DNA of 58,999 bases from NCBI GenBank assembly GCA_018812585.1, contig JAHJDJ010000372.1, forward strand, positions 1 to 58,999, written 5' to 3'. This DNA comes from a bacterium. Its GTDB lineage: Bacteria > Electryoneota > B3-LCP. Shown piece after piece: positions 11,733-21,705 of this stretch. The number at the start of each line of letters is the position of its first letter. Within the stretch, counting starts at the first letter, position 1. Made by a program: the position numbers and the translations under genes. The notes under the pieces are model-generated. The model saw nothing but the letters and a program-made list of their open reading frames with translations, ran no database searches and had not been told where the DNA came from.

Positions 11733-12404
11733 TTACGCTTGTCTCCTGGGGAATTGATAGCAATAACGCGGTTCGGATTCCATTAGATCGTCGAAACTAT
11801 TTTCATTGAACCGAGAGGCCGCTAATATTATGGTTGCCTCCACGAGCGGCCTGGGTTTGTAATCCACTCTATTATTCATAATGAGATCGCCGAAGATTTG
11901 TTCCAGGTGGTTCTGATGTTTGGCGTATCCTTCACCGATGAAGAGAGCCTCGACGGCTAGTTCATCCTGCATTTCCTCTAAAGTGTTTAAACGCTCCAGA
12001 GTCTGATCTTCCCAGCGGTTGTTTTCGTAAGCAAAGTGTGACCAGTAGACTTCATCTGCTCTTGCGGGCATAATGGAGATAACGCTGTAAATATCGGCAG
12101 GGGCGCAGTTGGCTAACCCTTCCAACGTGGGAACTGCTATGAAAGGAATCTCCAGACTCCAGCAGAGCGATTTAGCGACTGCCATCCCTACGCGCAAACC
12201 CGTGAAAGAACCCGGCCCGGAAGAGACTGCCACTGCCTCAACATCAGCAAGGCTGGAATTCTGGTCTTGCAGTAATTGTTGAATCTGAGCAAAAATCACT
12301 TCGTTATGACGCAGCTTTTCTTCGGTTTCCAGAAGAGTGATCCTGCCGTTATCCCAGAGCGCGGTCCCGCATTTAAAACCGGTTGTGTCTATTGCCAGAA
12401 TCAT
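11733..12404 (-). CDS. tsaB: tRNA t6A37 threonylcarbamoyladenosine biosynthesis protein TsaB (YeaZ)
   Basis: 223 aa; MILAIDTTG...SGPGSFTGLRVG motif typical of the inactive Kae1/YeaZ paralogue. Confidence 0.85.
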   Translation of the reverse strand: MILAIDTTGFKCGTALWDNGRITLLETEEKLRHNEVIFAQIQQLLQDQNSSLADVEAVAVSSGPGSFTGLRVGMAVAKSLCWSLEIPFIAVPTLEGLANCAPADIYSVISIMPARADEVYWSHFAYENNRWEDQTLERLNTLEEMQDELAVEALFIGEGYAKHQNHLEQIFGDLIMNNRVDYKPRPLVEATIILAASRFNENSFDDLMESEPRYCYQFPRRQA

Positions 12405-12889
12405 TGCGTTTCCATGATGAAATCTCTGAAATGATCAGCTAAACGCTGCATTTCAGCAGGTTTGTTGTGATGGAAAACCAGCTCCCGGCGCTGGTCGCTG
12501 CCTTCCACAAAGTTAAAAACAACCTGCCAGGTGCGCAGGATAAAATAATCGATTATCTTATCAGCCCATTCTATCAGCAGGATAGCGTCGTCCAGGAGGA
12601 AATCATCGATTCCTATAGAAGCATAATCACTGTGCACCTTTATGCGAAAACAGTCCAGGTGATAGATCTTAGGATTCGTCGGATATTCATGCACCAGCGT
12701 GAACGTCGGGCTGGTGACCGCGCCGTCGTAATTCAGGCCTTGCAGAATACCCTGTGTGAAAGTTGTTTTCCCACCGCCCAAATCGCCGATGAAACCGACG
12801 ACGTCTCCAATGGTCAGAAGCTCTGAGAATTTAGCGCCAAGCTTCCGGGTCTTTTCAGTGCTGTCTGTGATGATGCGTATATGTTTCAA
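12401..12889 (-). CDS. tsaE: tRNA t6A37 threonylcarbamoyladenosine biosynthesis ATPase TsaE (YjeE)
   Basis: 162 aa; P-loop GDLGGGKTTF; TTG start; ATGA overlap with tsaB. Confidence 0.85.
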   Translation of the reverse strand: MKHIRIITDSTEKTRKLGAKFSELLTIGDVVGFIGDLGGGKTTFTQGILQGLNYDGAVTSPTFTLVHEYPTNPKIYHLDCFRIKVHSDYASIGIDDFLLDDAILLIEWADKIIDYFILRTWQVVFNFVEGSDQRRELVFHHNKPAEMQRLADHFRDFIMETQ

Positions 12890-12890
12890 A

Positions 12891-14444
12891 TTATTTCGGC
12901 AGCAGTGTCACCACCGGCAGAATCATTTCATCCATCGAAATGCCGCCGTGCTGGAAACTGTTTTTATACAGGTTGACGTATTTATTATAGTTAGTTGGAT
13001 AAACGAAGTAGTAATCTTCCTTGGCAACGATATAATCAATGTTGATACCGCGCCGCGGCAGTTTGTAGTTCTCTGGATTCTGCATAACCATAGCATGTTT
13101 GGAATCGCACTTCAGGTTGCGGCCATATTTGTAGCGCAGGTTCGTCGAGGCTTCCTTATCGGAAATTACCTTGGTGTTTTTATTGACTCTGATGGAGCCG
13201 TGATCGGTGGTCAAGACGATGATGACGTCCTGCTTGGCAAAAGTTCGCATGATGTTGAACAAAGTTGAATGCTCAAACCAGGATCGAGTCACCGAGCGAT
13301 AACCTGCATCGCTGCGCACCATTTCTTTGATAACGTCTGAGTCCGATCCTGAATGTGCCAGAATATCGACAAAATTGAAAACCATAGAGACCAGCGGCTG
13401 ATTCAGGTAGGACGATACTTTTTTCTCCACTCGTTCAGCTTCTTCAGGATCCAAGACTTTAACATATTTCGATCCGGATTTTAAATTGACTCCCAGCTTG
13501 GTCAGTTGCTGATCGAGGAACTGATGTTCAAAGCGATTGGAAGAAGATTCGTCGTCCTCGCCTCGTTTCCAGAGTTCGGGGTATTGTCTCTCAAGATCAC
13601 TTGGAAAAAGACCGCTGAAGATAGCGTTACGGGAATACGGGGTGGAGGTGGGCAGGATCGAATAGTGGTAATCTCTGGTGATTTCAAAATGTTCATAAAG
13701 AAGCGGCTCGATCGCTAAATATTGATCCAGTCGCAGGCAATCTAAAACGAGAAAGAGCACCTGCTTTCCCTGTTTCAAAGGGGTTGCCAGATATTTACTG
13801 GCAATATCAACTGACAGCGGCGGGCGGTCGTTGCCGCTTAACCAATCGCGGTAATTCTCCTCGATGAATCTCCCAAATTCCAAGTTAAGCTGGCTTTTCT
13901 GATCCTGCAAGACGTCAGCTAAACCCAAATCAGGGTATCTCTCCATTTCAAGATCCCAGCCGGAGAGTTTCACATGGATATCGATCCAGTCTTCCCAGTG
14001 CGCGCCCATTGCGATCTGTGTGGAAATCTGGTTGAATTGAGAGAGGTATTCTTTGGAAATGCGGTTGCGGTTGATCTGTGTGGATTCAGTGAGTTTCTTC
14101 AGTACCAGAAGTACCTGGCTGGGATTAACCGGCTTGATCAGAAAATCGTCGATCTGACTGCCGATGGCCTCCTCCATGAGACCTTCTTCATCACTTTTAG
14201 TAATCATGGCAGTGGCAACGCCTGGATGCAGAGTCTTGATTTCAGCAAACGTCTCAATGCCATCTTTACCGGACATGTGCTCGTCCAGTAATACGACGTC
14301 GAAGGTGCCGCGTCGTACTTGTGCGATAGCATCTTCACCGCTGGTTACCGCGGTAATCTCATAACCTTTATCCTGCAGGAACAAAATGTGTGGACGAAGA
14401 AGTTCTATCTCGTCATCTGCCCAAAGAACTTTTTTACGGTCCAT
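12891..14444 (-). CDS. porX: PorX-like response regulator: CheY-type receiver domain fused to a PglZ (alkaline-phosphatase-superfamily) domain
   Basis: Receiver motifs (VLWADDE, VLLDEHMSGKDG, KP); C-terminal PglZ motifs LVLDCLRLD and TTDHGS. A GGGGGG tract 4 nt upstream of the ATG at 14444; the ORF-track TTG at 14468 probably lies too far upstream. Confidence 0.75.
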   Translation of the reverse strand: MDRKKVLWADDEIELLRPHILFLQDKGYEITAVTSGEDAIAQVRRGTFDVVLLDEHMSGKDGIETFAEIKTLHPGVATAMITKSDEEGLMEEAIGSQIDDFLIKPVNPSQVLLVLKKLTESTQINRNRISKEYLSQFNQISTQIAMGAHWEDWIDIHVKLSGWDLEMERYPDLGLADVLQDQKSQLNLEFGRFIEENYRDWLSGNDRPPLSVDIASKYLATPLKQGKQVLFLVLDCLRLDQYLAIEPLLYEHFEITRDYHYSILPTSTPYSRNAIFSGLFPSDLERQYPELWKRGEDDESSSNRFEHQFLDQQLTKLGVNLKSGSKYVKVLDPEEAERVEKKVSSYLNQPLVSMVFNFVDILAHSGSDSDVIKEMVRSDAGYRSVTRSWFEHSTLFNIMRTFAKQDVIIVLTTDHGSIRVNKNTKVISDKEASTNLRYKYGRNLKCDSKHAMVMQNPENYKLPRRGINIDYIVAKEDYYFVYPTNYNKYVNLYKNSFQHGGISMDEMILPVVTLLPK

Positions 14445-14477
14445 AGACCCCCCAAAAATCTTTATCAACGGTTTTGA

Positions 14478-15326
14478 TTATTTGTCCATACTTTTGAGAA
14501 GTGTGCGGATCTTATTCAGCAATTCTATATCAGCGCCTTTTTTCAATGCTAAATCTACGGCATGGTTTGAAAGGCAGGCGTAAAGTTCCAGCAATTCAGG
14601 ATGCTTTTGCCGTAACACCGCTTTATGTGTCTCTACTGTTTTAAAATCACCCCGGGCAACCGGTCCGGTCAGGCTTTTAGCTGGATTCATCGCAAAGCAG
14701 TTTTGCAGGCTGGATGTTGCCAGAGGACGCAGCATTTGCAATCCATCAACTTCGGAAATGCCCGCTGAAGACAGTAAATCCAAAGCGGCCTGTTGCAGTA
14801 CGGGGATAAAATTAGCCGACGTCACAGCCGCTAAATGGTATAAAGGCTTCGTGCCCTGTGGCAGTACGATTGGTTTCCCACCTATCTTCGTGACTAAATC
14901 ACGAGTAGTATTCACTACTGAATCGTCGCCCTCGATGGCGAAATACACATCATCCAGTTGAGTTAATACTTCCCGTGATGGGAACGTCTGCAGGGGATGA
15001 AAAGATCCGACCGGAATACCTTTCTCCGAAATACTGCTCAGAACAGATTTATCATACACACCGGATGTATGTAAACAACGACGATATTTTAAAAAGTCAG
15101 ATAATTGGCTAAGATCATTTCCGACTCCGATGATTTTATCATCAGGGACAGATATAATGACAATATCAAGATCACGTGGCAGTTCATTTATTCTGGTCGA
15201 AGCGATTTCAATCTTGAAGGAAGCGGCTAAACTGGTGATATAAGAAAGATCTAAATCAATTAAGCAAGTGACATGCAACCCGGCGCGATATAAGGCATGA
15301 GCCAGCGCTGAGCCGACAGCTCCCAC
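14478..15326 (-). CDS. Rossmann-fold NAD(P)-binding protein, DUF2520 family (pyrroline-5-carboxylate-reductase-like fold)
   Basis: The ORF track starts at a GTG at 15326. The in-frame upstream codons encode KIGIIGVGAVGSALA, the Rossmann beta1-GxGxxG motif, with no ATG/GTG/TTG before the upstream stop at 15422. The true N-terminus is probably at the CTG (15347) or ATA/ATT codons. Confidence 0.6.
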   Translation of the reverse strand: MGAVGSALAHALYRAGLHVTCLIDLDLSYITSLAASFKIEIASTRINELPRDLDIVIISVPDDKIIGVGNDLSQLSDFLKYRRCLHTSGVYDKSVLSSISEKGIPVGSFHPLQTFPSREVLTQLDDVYFAIEGDDSVVNTTRDLVTKIGGKPIVLPQGTKPLYHLAAVTSANFIPVLQQAALDLLSSAGISEVDGLQMLRPLATSSLQNCFAMNPAKSLTGPVARGDFKTVETHKAVLRQKHPELLELYACLSNHAVDLALKKGADIELLNKIRTLLKSMDK

Positions 15327-15424
15327 GCCGATAATGCCTATTTTCAGGTTTTCCAGGTTGGCATTTATGGAGGCAGGCTGCGAAACAGGCGTGATGTTGC
15401 ACCTCCACCCATTATGGTTCTAAA

Positions 15425-15460
15425 TCCAAAGAAGCCGGAACGCACGTGGCGAACCGGCTT
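15425..15460 (-). terminator. Rho-independent terminator for the S8 protease gene (minus strand)
   Basis: GAAGCCGG-15 nt-CCGGCTTC hairpin followed on the minus strand by TTTGGATTT, 33 nt past the stop. Confidence 0.65.
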
Positions 15461-15492
15461 CTATGTCAGTTTCACAAAGACAAACGCCGGTT

Positions 15493-18132
15493 CTACTTCA
15501 GCAGAGCCATTTTTTTCAGATCAGAGAAACCATCGGCGTCGATGCGGTAGAAGTAAATACCGCTGGCCAGATGACTGGCATCAAAAGTGACAAGGTGACG
15601 ACCGGCATTCAGGTTTCCGCTGAACAGCGTGGCTACGCTACGTCCCATGGTATCATAAACGGTCAGTTCTACGTTCGAGGCGGCAGGTAGATTGAAGGCA
15701 ATCTCTGTCGTCGGGTTGAACGGATTGGGATAATTCTGCTCCAGAGAGTAGACTTCGGGAATGGCTTCCAGCGGCGAGGTACGCACACCGGGTGGTTCGT
15801 CGAACCATTCAAAAATGGACGTCATCGCTGTCGCCCGCGTCGTCGGGCTGACGCCTGACACTGCCTCAAAGCAGAACGAGAGATAAATCAGTTTACCCAA
15901 TTCATGCTCCCAACTGATACCTGCGCCAGTAGCAAAATTCAGGTACTCAAAGATCAGTTCAGAACCATTGAAGGGTTCGATGATCGACGCTGAAAAGCTG
16001 TTGCCACCGCCACCCGCGCCTGCTAAGAGCAGGGTAAATCCGTTGGTGATGCTGTTGCCTTCGATGCCGCCAACCTGGGGAATCGTCGATCCCGTGCCTG
16101 AAGCAGCATGCAAAACGTTGGCGTAGAAATCGGTTCCGGCTAATTGCTCGTCGATGTTTTCACCAACCAGGAATAATCGGCCATTGTTCATCAGCAGGTT
16201 TTCGATCAAGGTCTGATCGTCAACTGACAGAGGATCGGTTTGATTCGAGGTATGCCAGATGATTCTGGTGTACAGTTCGAATTCTTCGGTAGATATCTCA
16301 CCACTGGCGGCGACGTCCCAGGTATCATGAACAACGTCCATAGCATCCAGATCCTGCTGATACCAGATTTGAAAATTTGAACCGCCATCATCATCGACAA
16401 TCAGCACATCTGGACGGCCGATCATCTGGGTGAATTCTTCTGTTAGAGTTAAGTCGTTGCCTGCATCATAGAGCGTTAACGTAAACGCCGCTTCGTGGGG
16501 CTCAGCAGTTGGACTGACATCGAATTGCAGGGGAGAGGCGTTGTTATTTACGCTGCTGTTAGCCGGAATCGAGGCGAACGAATTCATCGCTGTGGTGATG
16601 GTTATGTCCTCATCGTCCGTTGTCAGAGTTATGTCGACGTTCGTCGCTCCAATGCTGGCGTTGGCATTTTCAATCGTGAGTAGCAAATCAACGGTTTCGC
16701 CCGGATCGGGTCGGCCGTCGTTATTACCAGCGGAGTCATCGATGATCTGTTCGGTGATCGAGAGATTCGGGAACAGCGTCATGATGGCTTGACCAGCGTT
16801 GATTCTACCCCAGCCTAAAAGACCTGCGTAACCAGGGTTGAGAGCATCGATATTATCGCAGGTCATCAGAATCTGCAGCAACACCTGTTCGTTATTCCAT
16901 TCTGGTTTTGCTGACCAGACCAGGCAGGCCAAACCGGCGGACATGGGGCAGGAGAAAGAGGTCCCATCCCAGGCGGCATAAAGGCTTCCTGGAATTGTCC
17001 CCATAATACTGGTTCCCGGTGCGCTTATATCGACAAAACTGCCATAACTGCTGAAACTCGCTTTTATATCGTTCGGGTTGGTCGCTGCGACACTCACAAC
17101 ATTGTCATAGCAGGAGGGATAATGTGGATTGGCATTATTATCGTTTCCAGCTGAAGCGAAAATCAATGTGCCACCATTCCAGGCGTTATTGATGATATTT
17201 TGTTCATAGCTGGCATAACCGGGACCGCCATAGGACAGTGAAATCACGTCAGCCTGGTTGTTACCGCAGTAGAGGATACCAGCGGCGCCGGCATAAACGT
17301 ACTGTCCATCGCCTGCGCGTGCGGTCATGATTCTGGTGTTCCAGCCTAAGCTGGCGATACCGATGTTATTATCAGTCATAGCTGTGACGTCGCCAGCGCA
17401 ATGGGTTCCATGACCGGCCGACGGACCCGTATCATCGATGTTATTGCTACTCAGCCAGGTGTCCCAGCCCCAGAAGTCGTCAATGTAACCATTACCGCCA
17501 TCGTCAATACCGTTCCATTCAAAGATTTCGATGATGCCGTTACCGTCGAGATCTTCATCGGGGTTCACCCAGATATTGTCGATCAGATCTTCGTGGTCGG
17601 TATCTGTACCGGAATCTACGATACCGACAACGACTTCATTGCTGCCGGTGACATAATCGAAGGCCGCTTCAGCCTCGATGATGGCTAACCCCCACTGATT
17701 GCCGAAATAGGTGTCGTTAGGGGTGTAATCACTGGTGCGGATATAGTAAGGTTCTGCAGAAACAATCCAGGGACTTTTTCCATAAGCCTCAATCACTTCG
17801 TGCAGATCTACTTCCGGTGGAAACTCGAGCAGGTAATAGCGCGTTAGATCGTACATCGTGTCATCTTCCGGCTTGGTTGCCGTCGGCAGGAAGCGGATCA
17901 TGGTATGAACGTTATAACGAGCTGCCAGAACATCCAACTCAGTGAAGTCGATGTTGGCGATGCCGTTAACATTTTGAACCTGAAGCGGTTCCAGTTCTTC
18001 TGAAATTTCGACGACGATACGGCCTTTCCATTCAAAGTCGGCCGTCATCGGGGGTGGCGTTGTGGCGCTGCTGGTAGAAATTATTGCTGCCAGAACCAGC
18101 AAACAGGCGATTCGACCATTACGCAAAATCAT
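15493..18132 (-). CDS. Subtilisin-like serine protease (peptidase S8) with T9SS C-terminal sorting domain
   Basis: GAGGAAG SD; signal peptide; catalytic triad motifs VGIVDSGTD (Asp), HGTHCAG (His), GTSFSCPMSAG (Ser); C-terminus LEQNYPNPFNPTTEIAF...GIYFYRIDADGFSDLKKMALLK. Confidence 0.9.
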   Translation of the reverse strand: MILRNGRIACLLVLAAIISTSSATTPPPMTADFEWKGRIVVEISEELEPLQVQNVNGIANIDFTELDVLAARYNVHTMIRFLPTATKPEDDTMYDLTRYYLLEFPPEVDLHEVIEAYGKSPWIVSAEPYYIRTSDYTPNDTYFGNQWGLAIIEAEAAFDYVTGSNEVVVGIVDSGTDTDHEDLIDNIWVNPDEDLDGNGIIEIFEWNGIDDGGNGYIDDFWGWDTWLSSNNIDDTGPSAGHGTHCAGDVTAMTDNNIGIASLGWNTRIMTARAGDGQYVYAGAAGILYCGNNQADVISLSYGGPGYASYEQNIINNAWNGGTLIFASAGNDNNANPHYPSCYDNVVSVAATNPNDIKASFSSYGSFVDISAPGTSIMGTIPGSLYAAWDGTSFSCPMSAGLACLVWSAKPEWNNEQVLLQILMTCDNIDALNPGYAGLLGWGRINAGQAIMTLFPNLSITEQIIDDSAGNNDGRPDPGETVDLLLTIENANASIGATNVDITLTTDDEDITITTAMNSFASIPANSSVNNNASPLQFDVSPTAEPHEAAFTLTLYDAGNDLTLTEEFTQMIGRPDVLIVDDDGGSNFQIWYQQDLDAMDVVHDTWDVAASGEISTEEFELYTRIIWHTSNQTDPLSVDDQTLIENLLMNNGRLFLVGENIDEQLAGTDFYANVLHAASGTGSTIPQVGGIEGNSITNGFTLLLAGAGGGGNSFSASIIEPFNGSELIFEYLNFATGAGISWEHELGKLIYLSFCFEAVSGVSPTTRATAMTSIFEWFDEPPGVRTSPLEAIPEVYSLEQNYPNPFNPTTEIAFNLPAASNVELTVYDTMGRSVATLFSGNLNAGRHLVTFDASHLASGIYFYRIDADGFSDLKKMALLK

Positions 18133-18370
18133 GATCTTCCTCTTTTTTCGGATTTGTCGGGAGGCTAAGCAACCGATTTATAGTGAATTATATTAGACAT
18201 TTGAAGCAGAAAAGGGAATGAAAGAAGCACTCCACACTTCAGATTATAAAATATTAAATTATTAGCCCCTTGTCAAGTGAAATTCATTTCACCTCGTATG
18301 GTCGGCAAAAGCGTTAATATCGGTTTATCTAAAAGTACAAGCGTTTTTTATTGACTTTGCGAGCGTTTAA

Positions 18371-19477
18371 ATGTACCTTTTAAAAAATGGCTTACCTCGT
18401 CTCCACACACGTTACACACCGAAACATTTCGTGAAAAATAACATAAAAATATCGGCGCTGCTGGTAGTGTTCCTCGTCTGGATAGTCCTAAGTTTCACTG
18501 TTGCGAAAACTTATCTGACTGTCTATGGCAGCCCAGACGAAATTCGACCATCTGAGAAGGTTCCGATTACGATAAAGACTGGTATGACGCTGAATCAGAT
18601 CGTTGACCTTTTGCATGACAGGTCTCTTTTGCAGAATCGCAATGATTTTATCTTCGCTGCAGATTTTTTAGATCTGGAAACGGAAATACAGGCTGGCCAA
18701 TACCTTCTAACCAGGAGTTTATCCAACTATGAGCTGCTCAAGCAGTTAAGAAATGCCGGAACGGCTGCGAAATTCGTCACTATACCCGAAGGCTTCACCA
18801 GCAGACAGATTGCAGGTAAACTGCAGAAAGAGATCGGACTCGATTCCAGTGAATTCATGTCTTGCGTTCATGACGCTGAGCTCATTAATAAATACGGATT
18901 AGACGCACCGTCATTTGAAGGGTTTCTGTTCCCTGACAGTTATAATTTTTACCCGGATATGTCCTGCGATGAGATCATCGACCAGATGGTGCGCCGATTC
19001 TATGAAATCTACGATGCATTCATGCAGGAGCAAATCTACGAAAGCGATTTATCATTAAACGAACTGGTCACTCTGGCTTCGATTATCCAGGGCGAAATGC
19101 AGGATGCGACTGAGGCGCCTTTGATTTCAGCGGTCTATCACAACCGGTTGAAACGCAGAATGCTGCTTCAGGCTGATCCGACGATACAGTACATTATTAA
19201 AAATGGACCGCGCCGCCTCTATAACGGCGATCTCGAGATTGATTCACCTTACAATACCTATAAATACTCCGGTTTACCGCCGGGACCGGTCAGCAATCCC
19301 GGCAGATTAGCGCTGGAAGCCTCGTTAGCGCCCTCGGATGTGCCACATCTATTTATGGTAGCGAAGGGTGATGGAAAGCACGCTTTCAGCACATCCTTGG
19401 CAGATCACTTGCGGGCAAAGACCCGCTTGGACAGCCTCCGAAGAGTTGTAGCTCGCAATAAAAATAAACCCCGATAG
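18371..19477 (+). CDS. mltG: Endolytic murein transglycosylase MltG (YceG family)
   Basis: N-terminal TM helix; YceG signature LQADPTIQY ... SPYNTYKYSGLPPGPVSNPG. Confidence 0.85.
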   Translation: MYLLKNGLPRLHTRYTPKHFVKNNIKISALLVVFLVWIVLSFTVAKTYLTVYGSPDEIRPSEKVPITIKTGMTLNQIVDLLHDRSLLQNRNDFIFAADFLDLETEIQAGQYLLTRSLSNYELLKQLRNAGTAAKFVTIPEGFTSRQIAGKLQKEIGLDSSEFMSCVHDAELINKYGLDAPSFEGFLFPDSYNFYPDMSCDEIIDQMVRRFYEIYDAFMQEQIYESDLSLNELVTLASIIQGEMQDATEAPLISAVYHNRLKRRMLLQADPTIQYIIKNGPRRLYNGDLEIDSPYNTYKYSGLPPGPVSNPGRLALEASLAPSDVPHLFMVAKGDGKHAFSTSLADHLRAKTRLDSLRRVVARNKNKPR

Positions 19478-19484
19478 ATTGAAC

Positions 19485-21704
19485 ATGTTGAACCTGGACG
19501 CCCTGAATCCACCTCAAAAGGAAGCAGTTCTCAAACACGAAGGTCCAGTCTTGGTTTTAGCCGGAGCCGGTAGTGGTAAAACCCGTGTCATCACCTACAG
19601 GATTGCATATTTATTGCAGGCTGGCCTGGCCAAGCCCTGGGAGATATTAGCTGTAACCTTTACCAATAAAGCCGCTTCAGAGATGAAGACGCGGGTGCAG
19701 TCCATGTTGCAAGGTCATACGGTTAATGATTTAACTATCGGCACGTTTCATGCGTTCGGCGCAAAATTTCTCCGCAAGCATGGAGAAGCTGTTGGACGCA
19801 CACCTCATTTCACGATTTATGATGCTGATGACCAGAAAAGATTAATAAAAACTCTACTCCTGCAAGAAGTCAGCAAGGAAGAAACCAAATCCCTTCTGGA
19901 AGGGGTGCGACGCTACATCGAACGCACCAAAAGCAGTCTGGAAGATCCGGTGGTGGCAGGATCGATGTCAAGCCATCCATATCAGGATCTCTTCATTGAA
20001 CTATATCGCAAGTACCATTTGACACTGCGTCAAACCAACGCTTTTGATTTCGATGATCTGATCACATTGCCCTGCAAGCTTTTGCGGCGAGACAAAGACT
20101 TATTAGAGAAATATCGCACGCGCTTCCGCTTTGTCATGATCTACGAATTTCAGGATACAAATTTTCCGCAGGGAGAATTAGCCAGACTGTTAGCCGCTCC
20201 AAGCGGTAATATTACTGCCGTGGGTGACGACGATCAGTCAATTTATGGCTGGCGAGGAGCGCAAATTGGCAATATCCTGCAGTTCAGCAAGGATTATAAG
20301 GGCGTCAGCACTTTTCGATTGGAGCAGAATTACCGGTCGACTCAGTGCATTCTCGACGTTGCGCATGCCGTCATTAAAAATAATCGCAGCAGACATCCCA
20401 AGAAACTCTGGACAGACCGAGAGCAGGGCGCTAAACCGGTATTAATGCCCACTAACGACGATCGGGAAGAAGCGGAATGTGCGATTACGAAGATAAAGGA
20501 GTTGTTAGATAGAAAAACTTATAACGGCGACGATCTCGTCATCCTGTATCGTACTAATGCACAATCCAGAACGTTTGAAGAAGCGTTACGGCAGGCTGTG
20601 ATTCCGTACGTGATTGTTGGTGGCTTGAGGTTCTATGAACGGAAAGAGGTCAAGGATTTCCTGGCTTACTTAAGATTGCTCACAAATACCAATGATATCG
20701 TCAGTTTACAAAGGATTATTAATCTCCCTCGCCGCGGAATCGGCGCCAGGACAATCGAAAGATTGCATAGTTATTCCCATGAAAATCAGATTTCCCTCTT
20801 TGAATCCATCCTGAACGCGCATAATATTGAAGATATCGGAAGTTCCGCAGCCCAAAAAGTCGTTGATTTTGGTCAATGGCTGCTGCAACTCAGGGAATAT
20901 GCTGAATTGAATGACTTGTTCAGCGTCGGTGAAAAGCTGTTACATGAATCCAGCCTGATGGAATACTATAAGAAAGAAGATCCCGAAAGCTACGAAACCC
21001 GCCAGGAGAACCTGAGTGAGCTACTCAATGCTTTAAAAGAATACGGCTTCGACAGCGGTCGTTCAGCCTTAGAAGATCTGGAAGATTTCTTGCAGGAAGT
21101 TGCCCTGGTAACGGACGTTGACCGGTGGAAACGAGAAGATCGAGCGGTCACTTTGATGACACTGCACGCCGCTAAGGGATTGGAATTTCCCGTCGTTTTC
21201 CTCACCGGTCTGGAAGAAGGTCTGTTTCCCTTGCGTAATTCATCGGATTCCCTCGATGAACTGGAAGAGGAGAGGAGACTTTTTTACGTTGGCGCTACGC
21301 GCGCCAAGGATCAACTGTATTTGACCTACGCCCGCAACCGCCGCCGCTGGGGACAGGAGATGCCCTGGCAGAAACCGTCACGATTTATCGGCGAAATTCC
21401 CAAAGAGTTACTGCATATTGAAGATGATAGACCTCAAGCAGCGCTCTTTCCTGAACCCCGCGCTGATTTCTTCTCGAAGACCAGAAAACCTGGAGCCATC
21501 AGCACGCCAAAACATAAATCAGCCGTGACGCCACTGGATCATTATCAATTGGGCGCCAGAGTGCAGCATAAAACTTTCGGCGAAGGGTGCATTATTCATC
21601 GGGAAGGTAAGGGAAATAACCTGCGTTTGCTGGTAAATTTCGAAGCTGTTGGCGAGAAACTACTTTTAGCAAGCTTTGCAAAACTACAGATACTGTCAAA
21701 TTAG
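19485..21704 (+). CDS. pcrA: ATP-dependent DNA helicase PcrA/UvrD (SF1)
   Basis: Walker A AGAGSGKTRVIT; SF1 motifs (TFH, VGDDDQSIYGWRGA, YRS); C-terminal Tudor-like extension. Start placed at the ATG at 19485; the track's TTG at 19479 is 2 codons upstream. Confidence 0.9.
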   Translation: MLNLDALNPPQKEAVLKHEGPVLVLAGAGSGKTRVITYRIAYLLQAGLAKPWEILAVTFTNKAASEMKTRVQSMLQGHTVNDLTIGTFHAFGAKFLRKHGEAVGRTPHFTIYDADDQKRLIKTLLLQEVSKEETKSLLEGVRRYIERTKSSLEDPVVAGSMSSHPYQDLFIELYRKYHLTLRQTNAFDFDDLITLPCKLLRRDKDLLEKYRTRFRFVMIYEFQDTNFPQGELARLLAAPSGNITAVGDDDQSIYGWRGAQIGNILQFSKDYKGVSTFRLEQNYRSTQCILDVAHAVIKNNRSRHPKKLWTDREQGAKPVLMPTNDDREEAECAITKIKELLDRKTYNGDDLVILYRTNAQSRTFEEALRQAVIPYVIVGGLRFYERKEVKDFLAYLRLLTNTNDIVSLQRIINLPRRGIGARTIERLHSYSHENQISLFESILNAHNIEDIGSSAAQKVVDFGQWLLQLREYAELNDLFSVGEKLLHESSLMEYYKKEDPESYETRQENLSELLNALKEYGFDSGRSALEDLEDFLQEVALVTDVDRWKREDRAVTLMTLHAAKGLEFPVVFLTGLEEGLFPLRNSSDSLDELEEERRLFYVGATRAKDQLYLTYARNRRRWGQEMPWQKPSRFIGEIPKELLHIEDDRPQAALFPEPRADFFSKTRKPGAISTPKHKSAVTPLDHYQLGARVQHKTFGEGCIIHREGKGNNLRLLVNFEAVGEKLLLASFAKLQILSN

Positions 21705-21705
21705 C

